Assembly (NCBI RefSeq): GCF_036365525.1
Contig: NC_090374.1
Coordinates: forward strand, 75,909,699-75,973,698
DNA: 64,000 nt
Reading direction: 5' to 3'
Origin: Heterodontus francisci
Lineage: Eukaryota
Of this stretch, positions 13,208 through 24,879 are shown piece after piece (position 1 is the stretch's first letter; the number at the start of each line of letters is the position of its first letter). Position numbers and translations under genes: made by a program. The notes beneath the pieces were generated by a model. The model saw nothing but the letters and a program-made list of their open reading frames with translations, was not told the origin of the DNA and searched no databases.

Positions 13208-13843
13208 ACTGTTCCAGGAAATTCTGGTCCATTGTTATATGAAAGGCACTATGTAAGACATCTTGTAACTATGCTGACAATATTCATAAAACCAAAATTT
13301 ATAGTTCCTAGCACATTAATAAATGCATATGACTTTGCAGCCTACTATTACAAACCTTGTAGTGCAAAGATCATTGGAAAACTGTCTGTCGTATTTAAAA
13401 CAATCTCGTGCCCAAAACAGTTTAAAATATTTATAAAGCTGCAACTAAAAGGCTGAAATGTAATGGCAACCGATGACTTGCAATTACCTGATCGAGAAAC
13501 TTTATTTTTAATTTGAGTGGCTGGCTTCATTAGATTTTAAACTACTCACTACAATTACTAAGTTAAATGGATCAAAGGCGGAAATAATACACAGGTTTGG
13601 ATAGGAAGATTGAGTTACATTTGTGTATTGAACGGTTAATTAAATGAGCGAGTTTTACTAGCTAGAATATTTGCATGCAAGTTTTAAATTTCTACAATTT
13701 ACATACATAGTATAAGGTGACAGGATTGGAAAAATAAGGTCGGGGAATGCAAGAGAATGGGTCAAACTGTAACTTCAATCTAGTCCTTGGCAGTAGGAAT
13801 AACTGAAGAGTGATGAATCAAAACCATGGCTGCTACTACTGAC

Positions 13844-14103
13844 CTGTTGTAGAATTGGTCCAAGAGAATTCTTGTCTTTCTGACCAACACCATCTTTCTG
13901 TAATCGGGCCAGAAGCTCTGGTTTCTTGAAGGGTTTTAGTACCAATAAGTGGATCACCCTATCCCTATAAGATCGTTGGGAAACACTGTTGTTTGTATTG
14001 CACTTCCTTATTGTACTTGCAGGATTAATAGGGGTTGACCGTTTCCGTTCAGGTACAGCATCTGGGATGCCCGGAGCGGGTTTACGAATTTGCACTCGCT
14101 TAC
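13844..14103 (-). CDS. ELL2: ELL2 coding exon (equivalent to exon 5), 260 nt
   Basis: tttctag|GTAAGCGAGTG...CAACAG|gtcagt. Translates (G)KRVQIRKPAPGIPDAVPERKRSTPINPASTIRK...YRDRVIHLLVLKPFKKPELLARLQKDGVGQKDKNSLGPILQQ (ORF track 13775..14095). KRVQIRK, PERKRSTP and QKDKNSLG fit ELL2 better than ELL. Confidence 0.96.
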
Positions 14104-15039
14104 CTAGAAATGGTACAAAAACAACTTCTAAAGTAAATGAAAATCAAATGAGAAAATTAAATTGTACATGTATGCTAAAATAAAATGTATTTATTTTGTG
14201 TTCAAAGATAAATGCACGCAAAGTCAAACTGCTTGGACAAAGTCTTTTCAGCAAAGTTTTTGATGACTTTAATACAAATGGTTCTACATTGTTGTTAACA
14301 GTGAACTAACATGGAAACCACATCCATGTTTATAATAAACTACAAACCCACTTAGTTACATCATAACAGGTGACGTTTCTCAAAGCGGACTTAATATTTT
14401 TAGTTCACCTTTCCTCTTCCAAACCAAGTCTCCTTAGCTCTGGAGTTTGCAAATAAGAGAAAGAATTTCTAAGTATAGTTTCTATTGCGTAAACGTGTTG
14501 AAATATAATAGGAGTATGAGTGTCTATTATATAAATTGTTACAATGTTAAATGCTTTAAAAGACTATCTGCATGGCTATCAGCATCCATCTCATTTTACA
14601 ACATTTTATGCTAAATCCAAAATTCTGCAAATGATCATGAATGCCATTAGTGAATTGAGGCAATGCTTCCAGATAGGTCACGTCAGTGACATTACACAAA
14701 GTTAATTTTGAAAATATGGCAAAAATGTGCTTAAAGCTAGCCCATGGTACAATCCTCTCTCGGTAGGCAGCTCAGGGAACAGATGCAGCTGAATTTTGCA
14801 AAGGCACAGGAAAGGTTTGTCCAGAGCTCACCCTTAGTTAAGGACTGCAAAATCTGGCATGGTAGAAACTGTAGTCTGCCTTTAAATGAAAATTGCAGTG
14901 ATGGAAAAGCTGCCTAACTGTTCAGTGTACTAAAGCAAAAACATGTGGGCAACACTGCTACTTTTGATGGTACTGGAGACACTGAAGCACCCAAGGAGGT
15001 TGTACCTATTTGGGGTAAAGGTCACACTCCAGTAAAAGA

Positions 15040-15430
15040 ACAAATTTGAAAATGAGGATGTGAATTTTAAATTGGAAGCATTGGAGGACTGAGAGTCAAC
15101 GTAAGTCAGGACGATAGGCGAGTGTGACTTGGCGTGGTTAGAATACAGGCAGCAGAATTTCGAGCAAGCTGAAGTTTATGAAGAATGGGAAGCTAACCAA
15201 GAGAACAGTGAAGAAATCAAGTCTGGAAGTGAGTGAGCATGACAGTTTCAGAAGAGGGTGGAGGTCAGAAACACGCAATCTTATGGCGGCAAGGCGGTGG
15301 GAGGAAAATGCTGTGGTTGACAGCATCAAAAGACAGCAATGAAGTTAAAAAGGGTGAAGAGAAATAGTGAAACATGTTCATTAATATTTTTGACTTTGAT
15401 TAGGCCATTTCAATAACGTGACAGGGATGG
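15040..15430 (-). mobile_element. Old L2-like LINE relic
   Basis: Reverse-strand translation LTSRLDFF..LL and purine-rich plus strand typical of reversed L2 RT; heavily degraded. Confidence 0.45.
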
Positions 15431-15454
15431 AATCCACACTTGGGAATATGCACA

Positions 15455-16355
15455 GTTCTGCTCTCCATATTATTCAAAGAGAGAGGCACTGGAGAAAGTG
15501 CAAAAATGATTTACAAGTTTGATACCAGAACACAGAGGCTCTTTTCGCTAGGAAAAATAAGGCTGAAGAGTAACCTCGTTGAGGTCTTTAAAATTATAAA
15601 CAGGTTTATAGGGTAGATGCAAACAAAATGCTTCCACTTGGAGGAGAACACAAAACTAGGGGCCATAAATATAGTCACTAATAAATTCAACCAATGAAAC
15701 TTCATTAACCAGAGTGACTAGAATGTGAAACTTGCTACCCATTCACCCACACTATCCCCGTCACCCTGCAAATTTATTTCCCTCAAGTGCCCATCCAATT
15801 TCCTTTTGAAATTATTGATCAGTTCAGTTTCCATCACCCGCGTGGGCAGCAAGTTCTAAGTCATTGCCGCTCACTATGTAAAAAAAGTTCCTCCTCACAT
15901 CCCCCCTGCATCTGTTGCCCAAAACCTTAAATCTGTGTCCCCTAGTCCTTGTACCATCAGCTAATGGGAACCGCTTTTCTTTGTCTACCTTATCTAACCT
16001 ATCATAATCTTGTACACCTCTGTCAAATCTCCCCTCAAACTGCTTTGCTTCAAGGAGAACAATTCCAGCTTCTCCAACCTAACCTCGTAGTTAAATTCCT
16101 TCATCACTGGAACCATTCTGGTTAATCTCCTCTGCACCCTGTCAAGGACCTTCATATCCTTCAGTTGAGGTGACTAGCATAGATGCACTTGAAGTGAAAC
16201 TATATAAATAAATGAGGGAGAAAGGAATAGAAGCATATGCTGATTAGGTCAAAGATAGAAGGGTGGGACACAGCTCATGAAATATAAATGTTGGCATAAA
16301 GATCAGAAGGGCTGAATGGTCTGTTTCTGTGCTGTACATTCTATGCAATTCCATG
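15455..16355. mobile_element. CR1 3' fragment (+) interrupted by a CR1 3' fragment (-) at about 15741-16163
   Basis: Plus-strand CR1 tail breaks at aacttgctacc and resumes at gttgaggtgactagc; the intervening sequence is reverse-complement CR1. Confidence 0.7.
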
Positions 16356-17424
16356 ATTGAAGAGATTCAAACATGGAGTTGCAGGAAAGATTAGCAGGGA
16401 TTCGAGAGCTAACAAATGTGAGCTACATGGAGCAAGGTAACGGTCAGTGCAATCAACCAGATCCATCATAACTGACTAAAAACAAGGAAGTTAACTGGTA
16501 TAAAAGGGAACAAAAATGTAAAAAGTTGTGTTCCTTAATTTTGCAGAGTTTTTAACTGGGCCCCATCAAGCATGGCAAGTTTGAACTCCTGAACACCCTG
16601 AGAGTTATCATTTCAAGCATCATACATTTTGTATCAAACCTGAATGCCACAGCTACATACAGCATTGAGAAATGCTTGCCTGCCGTTAAGGAACCAGTGA
16701 GGTCAGTAGAAGTTATTCCTTTCTGTTCCCTTTCCAAAAAGCCAAGTACTGTGCATTGCTGCATAATTAAGGCATCATAGCTGCTCTTTATTGTACAGGT
16801 ATACATATAAAAAAAAACACATTTCTGGTCAGATACCTCCTGTCTGGTAATTAATCACAAATGCTGCCTAAGAGGATCTCTCATGCCTATATGGGGTAAC
16901 ATCTTCAATACCTTTCACTTGAAGGAACTATGCCAATCCATCCAGACATACCCAGAGAAAGGCATCAAAAGTTACTCCCCCCCATGCAATCATGGCATTT
17001 GTCACTTGCAAGTATATGCATGCACTACCAAATTCCTGATGTGACAGATGCTCCCTGGGCAACTTGGGTGGATCCAGTCGCATGAAAGCTTCATGTATGG
17101 AAACTTTTTGCTAGCTGTCATTTGCAAATGCTCTTCCATGTCTTTCAGAATATGGTACAACTTTTCTTGCACTCCATCTCATGAAACAGATAGTGTGTGT
17201 GGACCCAGTGACATATCCAGAAGACTGCAAAGGGGTCTTTTAAATCCTGAGGTAAGGACAGGTATGGATAACACAACTCAAGTGTCACTACACCTGTATT
17301 TATCAGCCCATCACAAATTCATCTCAATCCTGCAGCACACTGGAACCTCAAAAAAAAATTCATTTTTTATCATGCAATTTACATGCCAATGACAACTAAG
17401 AAATATGGATACTTATGAACAATG

Positions 17425-17828
17425 CTCCCTTAATTTTTTTCTGTGGAGGGCACGGGCAATTTGTTTAAATGCACAGACCCTTTAAATGTTTTAGTACGGC
17501 TGTGCACGAGTGGTAATTTAAAGATGCTGACTTGTATGGTGCCTGCGTTGGGACTAAGATTGCTGTGTGGCTTAGAGGGAACCTGCTTGTGATGTGGGAA
17601 AGCAGCCATAAAAGTGCAAAAATGGAGGAACATCCTGCGAAGTACAGGAGGAGGTAACCAAAGATTTTTTTTTCCTGCAACAGAAAGTCTTCAAAAAGCC
17701 TACTTGCAGGTCAGGTTCAATGGGACATTGAACTTAGTGGAAAGAAAAATTGGGTGGGCCATAAAATGGACCGCCAATCTGCTACTGCCCATTTTTAGAC
17801 CTTCACTGGAGTTGAAAGTTTCACCCAG
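17425..17828. mobile_element. Old MITE-like element related to the Harbinger-type family
   Basis: Ends in gaaagtttcaccc, similar to the aaaattccagcc-type termini; the left TIR is poorly preserved. Confidence 0.3.
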
Positions 17829-19743
17829 TTTGTGCAAAGAATAGTGAGATCAGAAAAAAGATTTTTTAAAAAAACTTATAAATTCACATTTGAGGCACAA
17901 TACAAAGTTGAAGAAATGTACAATCTGGAACATTTTAAAAATATTGTGTTCAATAAAGATCTTTAGCCTTGAAGTTATACTGAGAGATAATGGAAAAGGA
18001 GTACTAGGCATGTTTGTCTGGAGTTCCTGGTTCAGATTGGATTAATTGGCTACTGCATCTGAAAGCAAAGGAATTTCCAGCAAAGCCTTAAAAGACTTCC
18101 AAGGTTATAATCCCACAACATAATTTCATAGCCTCTAAATTCTCAGATGTAGCATCCTTACTAATGCCTTAGCTGAAATCAGCTAAATGAACTTAGCAGA
18201 AACTGAACATAAGGCCATTCTGATCTGTGTCAGTTACTTATTGTTTTAATCAGCTAGGAATTTAAAAAAATGGAAATTTCATTTTGGCTTATTCCGGAGA
18301 ATCATAGAAAACTGCAATTCAGGAACAGGCTATATGGGGCATCCAAGTCTGTGCTGATGTTTTTCTCCACAAGACTAGTCCAACTAGACAAATCCCATTT
18401 CTCTTGTTCTCCCCAAACCCTTTAATATTTATTTTTCAAGGAACTTTTCTTTTGAAAGCTAGCATGAACTGTTTGAGGCAGAGATTTCCACATTCCAACC
18501 ATCTTCTGGGCAAATAATAGCACAAATTCCTAATTACTATTATGCTAATAAAGTACCTAAAACCCACCATTAGTAAACAAGATTCAAAAAAATAAGCATT
18601 TGAACAGGGAAAGACCATTGTGTAATATGTCAATTCCTTTCTCAGATTTTCCTACCTACCCAATTTATCAATACTTCCAGAAACTGATTTAATTGCCTCA
18701 ACCATTATTTACCTAATTATTTGGTTCCAAATGTTCATGCGAACTTTAATGCAGAGAAAAACAATCAATACTCGTTTACTGATAGGTAGGGCCCTACCAA
18801 ATTCACAGCTGTGAAAAATAAGTCATGGACTGTGAAATCTTGGGTCCTCCAGAAAATCAGCCATTTTGCCAACTTTGTGCGTTTTACTGATCGACAAGGC
18901 TCAACTCGCTGATTGGGAGAAGATGAGGGAGGACTTCAGGAACAGTTTTGAGAATAGCAGTCTCAATTGTTGGCAGACAAGAGAATGCCAGAATGAGCAA
19001 ATCAAAAATGACCACAACCATTACTGAACAAAGAAGAACAGTACAGCACAGGAACAGGCAAACCGGCCCTCCAAGCCTGCGCCGATCTTGATGCCTGCCT
19101 AAACTAACACCTTCTGCACTTCCAGGGCCCATATCCCTCTATTCCCTTCCTATTCATGTATTTGTCAAGATGTCTCTTAAACGTCGCTATCGTATCTGCT
19201 TCCACCACCTCCCCTGGCAGCAAGTTCCAGGCACTCACCACCCTCTGTGTAAAGAACTTGCCTCGCACATCCCCTCTAAACTTCGCCCCTCGCACCTTAA
19301 ACCTATGTCCCCTATTAACTGACTCTTCCACCCTGGGAAAAAGCTTCTGACTATCCACTCTGTCCATGCCGCTCATAACTTTGTAAACCTCTATCATGTA
19401 GCCCCTCCACCTCCGTCGTTCCAGTGAAAACAATCCGAGTTTTTCCAACCTCTCCTCATAGCTAATGCCCTCCAGGCCAGGCAACATCCTGGTAAACCAC
19501 CTCTGTACCCTCTCCAAAGCCTCCACATCCTTCTGGTAGTGTGGTGACCAGAATTGCACGCAATATTCTAAGTGTGGCCTAACTAAGGTTCTGTACAGCT
19601 GCAACATGACTTGCCAATTTTTATACTCTATGCCCCAACCGATGAAGGCAAGCATGCCGTGTGCCTTCTTGACTACCTTATCCACCTGCGTTGCCACTTT
19701 GTGACCTGTGGACCTGTACGCCCAGATCTCTCTGCCTGTCAAT

Positions 19744-19799
19744 TTATTATTTAGAGATACAGCACTGAAACAGGCCCTTCGGCCCACCAACAATCACCC
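19744..19799 (-). mobile_element. V-SINE 3' tail fragment nested in the CR1
   Basis: Reverse complement of gtgggccgaagggcctgtttcagtgctgtatctctaaataataaa; it interrupts the CR1 ORF at ctgtcaat|actcc. Confidence 0.8.
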
Positions 19800-21037
19800 A
19801 ATACTCCTAAGGGTTCTGCCACTTACTGTATACCTCCCACCTGCATTAGACCTTCCAAAATGCATTACCTCACATTTGTCCAGATTAAACTCCATCTGCC
19901 ATTTCTCCGCCCAAGTCTCCAACCGATGTATATCCTGCTGTATCCTCTGACAATCCTCATTATCCGCAACTCCATCAACCTTTGCGTCGTCCGCAAACTC
20001 ACGAATCAGACCAGCTACATTTTCCTCCAAATCATTTATATATACTACAAACAGCAAAGGTCCCAGCACTGATCCCTGCAGAACACCACTAGTCACATCC
20101 CTCCATTCAGAAAAACACCCATCCACTGATACCCTCTGTCTATGACAGAGCCAGTTCTGTATCCATCTTGCCAGCTCACCTCTGATCCAGTGTGACTTCA
20201 CCTTTTGTACCAGTCTGCCATGCGGGACCTTGTCAAAGGCTTTCCTAAAGTCCATATAGATAACATCCACTGCCCTTCCTTCATCAGTCATCTTCGTCAC
20301 GTCTTCAAAAAACTCAATCAAATTAGTAAGACACGACCTCCCCTTCACAAAACCATGCTGTCTCGCTCTAATAAGTTCATTTGTTTCCAAATGAGAGTAA
20401 ATCCTGTCCCGAATAATCCTCTCTAATAGTTTCCCTACCACTGACATAAGGCTCACCAGCCTATAATTTCCTGGATTATCCTTGCCACCCTTCTTAAACT
20501 AAGGAACAACATTGGCTATTCTCCAGTCCTCTGGGACCTCACCTGTAGCCAATGAGGATGCAAAGATTTCTGTCAAGGCCCCAGCAATTTCCTCCCTTGC
20601 CTCCTTCAGTATTCTGGGGTAGATCCCATCAGGCCCTGGGGACTTATCTACCTTAATGCTTTGCAAGACACCCAACACCACCTCCTTTTTGATAATGAGA
20701 TGACTGAGACTATCTGCACTCCCTTCACTAGGCTCATCATCCACCAAGTCCTTCTCTTTGGTGAATACTGATGCAAAGTACTCATTTAGCACCTCGCCCA
20801 TTTCCTCTGGCTCCACACATAGATTCCCATCTCTGTCCTTGAGTGGGCCAACCCTTTCCCTGGTTACCCTCTTGCTCTTTATATACGTACAAAAAGCCTT
20901 GGGATTTTCCTTAATCCTGTTTGCCAATGACTTTTCATGACCCCTTTTAGCCCTCCTGACTCCTTGCTTAAGTTCCTTCCTACTGTCTTTATATTCCTCA
21001 AGTGCTTCATCTGTTCCTAGCCTTCCAGCCCTTACAT

Positions 21038-21315
21038 GGGCGGCACAGTGGTTAGCACCGCAGCCTCACAGCTCCAGCGACCCAGGTTCAGTTCTGGGTA
21101 CTTCCCACCTCCAAAAGACTTGCAGGTTGATAGGTAAATTGGCCATTGTAAATTGCCCCTAGTGTAGGTAAGTGGTAGGATAATGGTGGGGATGTGGTAG
21201 AGAATTTGGGATTAATGTAGGATTAGGATAAATGGGTGGTTGTTGGTCAGCACAGACTCAGTGGGCCGAAGGGCCTGTTTCAGTGCTGTATCTATAAATA
21301 TAATATAAATCTAAA
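21038..21315 (+). mobile_element. V-SINE (HE1-like), internally deleted
   Basis: gggcggcacagtggttagcaccgcagcctcacagctccagcgacccaggttcagttc tRNA-like head; most of the V-domain is missing; tail gggccgaagggcctgtttcagtgctgta followed by an A-rich end. Confidence 0.85.
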
Positions 21316-21576
21316 ATGCTTCCTTTTTCTTTTTGACTAGGCTCACAATATCCCATGTTATCCAAGCTTCCAGAAACTTGCCAAACTTGTCTTTCTTCCT
21401 CACAGGAACATGCTGGTCCTGGATTCTAATCAGCTGACGTTTGAAAGACTCCCACATGTCAGATGTTGATTTACCCTCAAACTCAGCACATTCAGTGAAA
21501 GAATTTGGAAGCCAAATTCTGAATGCCGATGGTGGTATATGGTTTTGTACAAGCTACAATGTTTTGTTGGATCACA

Positions 21577-21810
21577 TTACTCGCTGAGTGAAAAAAAAAC
21601 AGCTTTTCCCCATATCACCTTTGGTTCTTTTATCAAACACCTGAAATTTATTTAATTCTATGTTATCGCTGCAATGCCCATACAGAAATGCATCTACCAA
21701 CTTTAATCTTGTGGCTACCTTTTAGCTTATTTGCCTCCAAGCCAATCATAAATGACGCAAATGTTTAGTTTACAACAAACATGTTAAAACTAGTCAATAT
21801 TAAATTGTCA
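21577..21810 (+). repeat. Local duplicate of 24207-24436 inserted into the hAT
   Basis: tactcgctgagt...cttttccccatatcacctttggttc...gtcaatattaaattgtca aligns by eye to 24207-24436; flanked by ttggatcaca at 21567-21576 and 21811-21820. Confidence 0.9.
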
Positions 21811-23206
21811 TTGGATCACAGACGGCAATGGTTCAGCGCCAGAGTCCGAAAGCCATTGCAGCAGAAAGGGAATCCTACACTGTGCTGCTGGAAAACAAAG
21901 ACAAAAAACGAACAACAATTTTATCCCTTTTTCAGAAGGCGACAGAGCTCAGAAAATTGTCAGTTGGTTACAATGGAACCTGCAATTGCTTTTGCAAGCG
22001 CCAACATACCACTGGAAAAACTCGATCACCCAAAGCCGAAGATATTCATTCAACATAATGTGCAAAATGGTGGTTACTTGCCAAGTGCAAATGAACTACG
22101 ACAGGACCATCTACTGAAGGCTTTTGCCAGAGCCAGTTATTAAACATTGGAATTCTTGGTTTTGGGCATTACAGCATCATGCAGCTCACCTAAAATACTA
22201 CTTCGAATTTGTCTCAGAAGATTTCACACGGACAGCAAAAACACAGGTTTAACAGACATTGCAACTCTTCTAAACGATGCTCAGCTTAAAGAGGAGATTC
22301 AAGTTTGTTGCCAAGAATGCTACATAACTGATGGATTTAATTACTTGGACTGAATCTCGACATGTCACAATCCACAAAGCTTTCAATAAAGTAATGCATG
22401 CACTGTTCTCGGCTGAAACAGTCAAACGAACAGCAGTCTGATGACATCGAACTAAATGCCTGTGCTCAACAGGTGTTTTCTTGCATGGTAAAGAAACTCA
22501 AACAGTATTACCACTACAAGGAAGAGTCAAGCTGTGAAGAAAAAGCAGCTCAGAAATTTCAACAATCTTCTGCAGCATTCCTGAAAGCTGTGCGTATCTT
22601 TGACCCTGCACAAATGTAATTGTTGATGGTGGATTTGAACTTGCTTGTGCGATTCCTGGCTTTGACAAGAACAGTAGGCTAGAGATTCCTGCTAATAAAA
22701 GCATTGCAAAAGCAGATTGCACTTTGCCTATGTTGCAGTTTTGGAATTCTGTTGAATGCAGAACCCCCAAATTTGCAAGGCTAGCACAGCGCTGTCTAAC
22801 AACTCCAACAAACTCTAAATGCAGAGAGAAATGTGCCTAAACACTAACAGGTGTTCAGAGCAGAGACAGGGAATGAAGAAAGTGACAGAACGCTCACATT
22901 TCCACCACTGACTTCAGTAAGTAAAGAATGCAACCTGTTCATAGTCAACTTTTTACAGTAATTTTTGATACAATAAATGCCATTTGAAACCAGAAACCTT
23001 TTCTTGTTAATAGATCATTTTCATGGTTTATTGCAACGCTGTGAAATTTATGATTTAAATATGTGAAATCATGTAATTCATGATTCTTAAAATGCTGTAA
23101 CCATGAAATTTGTAAAATATGACTGAGTTTGCTAGGACCCTACTAATAAGATATGCAACTTTAATTTTAATGTACAGAACTTGAGTATTTCTGAAAATAG
23201 AGACAT

Positions 23207-23242
23207 TTTGTCGAAGCTTTTCGTCTTGCACTCATCAGTACA
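23207..23242 (-). ncRNA. Minimal type I hammerhead ribozyme motif (core intact)
   Basis: Minus strand tgta-CTGATGA-gt gcaag ac-GAAA-agctt-c-gacaa: conserved core, short stem II and palindromic aagctt stem III, as known for Penelope hammerheads. Confidence 0.7.
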
Positions 23243-23814
23243 CGTATGGGATGCTAGGCAGATAGGCCGTTATGTCCCAAAATCTGGCGGATTGAATCAA
23301 ACATGTCCCTTCTGCTGTTCGCAACAAGGCACAGATTGTATCCAACCAGCCCATGCTTGCAAAACTCAGAAGTGTCCAACATTGCATGTGATTCACGATT
23401 GAGGATTAATTAGCAAATGTTGTCCAGTGTGCTAAGAATTATGCTGACAACCAATTTAAGATGGCCAGTCAGGCTCGCAGTGTGGTGCATTTGCACATAC
23501 TAAAAGCTACATATATTAATGCACAGAGCCCTGTTCTTTGCAGACAGAATGAACATGTATACACATTGTGTCCGTTTTAGCTAAACAAAATAAGTCACAG
23601 CCATTTGCTGATTCATTCCTCAGGGCAATGCCTTGACCAGAGTCAAGCTGCCTGGTTTAAATTTCAAGCAAAGCTTGGCAGTTAACGGTCAGTCACGATA
23701 AACTGTTGCATTCTTCATTGCAACACCTCTACCGGAGTCCACTTGCCAACCAATTAGCACTCCCTCCTCAAAGTATAAATTTGTTGCTTCTCCCTTACAT
23801 TGGCATTCTTGCGA

Positions 23815-23852
23815 TTTGTCCTGATGAGTGCAAGACAAAAAGCTTTCGACAA
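23815..23852 (+). ncRNA. Minimal hammerhead ribozyme motif (GAAA mutated to AAAA)
   Basis: ttgtc-CTGATGA-gtgcaagac-aAAA-agctttc-gacaa: stem I intact, core G lost. Confidence 0.6.
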
Positions 23853-23977
23853 AATGTCGCTATTTTCAGCAATACTCAAATTTAGAATGTAACTAGAATT
23901 GGTACTTTCATATCTAATCTTTACTTGGCTCTTACTGTCAGAACAGGATTGAGATCTCAAATAGCCACATTGAGATA

Positions 23978-24272
23978 TAGAATCATAGAATGGTTACAGC
24001 TCAGAAGACCTTTCAAGCCCATAATGGCTCTCTGCAAGAGCAGTTTAGCTGGTCCCACTCCCCTGCCCTTTCCCTGAACTCCAACAATTTTTTTCCCCAT
24101 AGCCCTAACAATGTTTTCTCCCTTCAGGTGCCTATCAGCTTCCCTTTTGAAAGCCACAATAGAATCTTCCTTCACCACCCTTTCAAGCAGTGCATTCCAG
24201 ATGATAACTACTCGCTGAGTAATAAAGCTTTTCCCCATATCACCTTTGGTTCTTTTACCAATCACCTGAAAT
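23978..24272 (-). mobile_element. CR1 3' fragment
   Basis: ORF 23957-24325 (VIGKRTKGDMGKSFITQRVVIIWNAL); tagaatcatagaat tail microsatellite. Confidence 0.8.
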
Positions 24273-24879
24273 TTATTTAATTCTACTTTATTGCTGTAAT
24301 GCCCATACAGAAATGTATCTACCAACTTTAATCTTATAGCTACTTTTTAAGCTTATTTGCTTCTAAGCCAGCCACAAATTGCACAAATGTTTAGTTTACA
24401 GCAGATATGGTAAAACCAGTCAATACTGAATTGTCAAGAAAGCTGATCTTTTCTTAATCTACTGGTATGCCTACAGGAGTAGTGTCTGATGATCAGAAAT
24501 TCATCTCTGCCTTTGAGAAAGGAAATTTTCTAAGGACAGTCAAATTTCTGTGCCCAAAGATACTTTGTTACAACTGTGCCGTGCTCCTCACCCCACCACA
24601 AGGGTCTGCTGCCACCAAAATGGCAGAAAGCAGCGGACCTTGGGTCCACTACTGCACTCCACATCTTGAATTTGGGCTGAAATGCTGCCAAAAAGTCAAG
24701 ACTCAAGGCTACAAGTACCACTCCTAACCCCCACCCATCCTTGGGACACAAATCAGGTCTCAGGCCTGCTGCTGCGTTCCTCACTGGTTCTCAAGCAAAA
24801 AAGCCTCTCAAAATACAGTCCTGCGCTGATGTTGTTGGCTTCTGCTTGGCAGCCCCTACCATCCAAAACAAGAACCTAA

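Larger units (their letters stand above)
19027..21480 (-). mobile_element. CR1 LINE, relatively young, 5'-truncated, nested in the hAT
   Basis: ORFs 19104-19793, 19794-20456 and 20499-20927 with RT motifs ([38 protein letters not shown]). Confidence 0.93.
18787..23142 (+). mobile_element. hAT DNA transposon with CGGBP1-like transposase relic (copy 1), interrupted by a CR1
   Basis: TIRs tagggccctaccaaattc / gagtttgctaggacccta; 8-bp flanks ctgatagg vs ctaataag (6/8). Coding relics MSKSKMTTTIT | VKEFGSQILNADGGIWFCTSYNVLLDH, FASANIPLEKLDHPK..IFIQHNVQNGGYLPSANELRQDHL, and C-terminal LQFWNSVECRTPKFARLAQRCLTTPTNS (hATC-like). Confidence 0.85.
23175..23885 (+). mobile_element. Penelope-like element 3' portion with inverted terminal (pLTR-like) repeats
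   Basis: About 65-bp inverted repeats at 23178-23242 and 23817-23882. Internal GIY-YIG-like relic (DAR..GR...Q.LAD.IK.HVPSAVR) near 23250-23320. Confidence 0.75.

Noticed and set aside
13480-13545. Minus-strand donor-like CAG|GTAATT and short ORF (MKPATQIKNKVSRSG) as a candidate ELL2 exon 6
   Set aside because: No similarity to the expected VANLN..DWPGY exon and no credible acceptor; exon 6 is probably left of the window.
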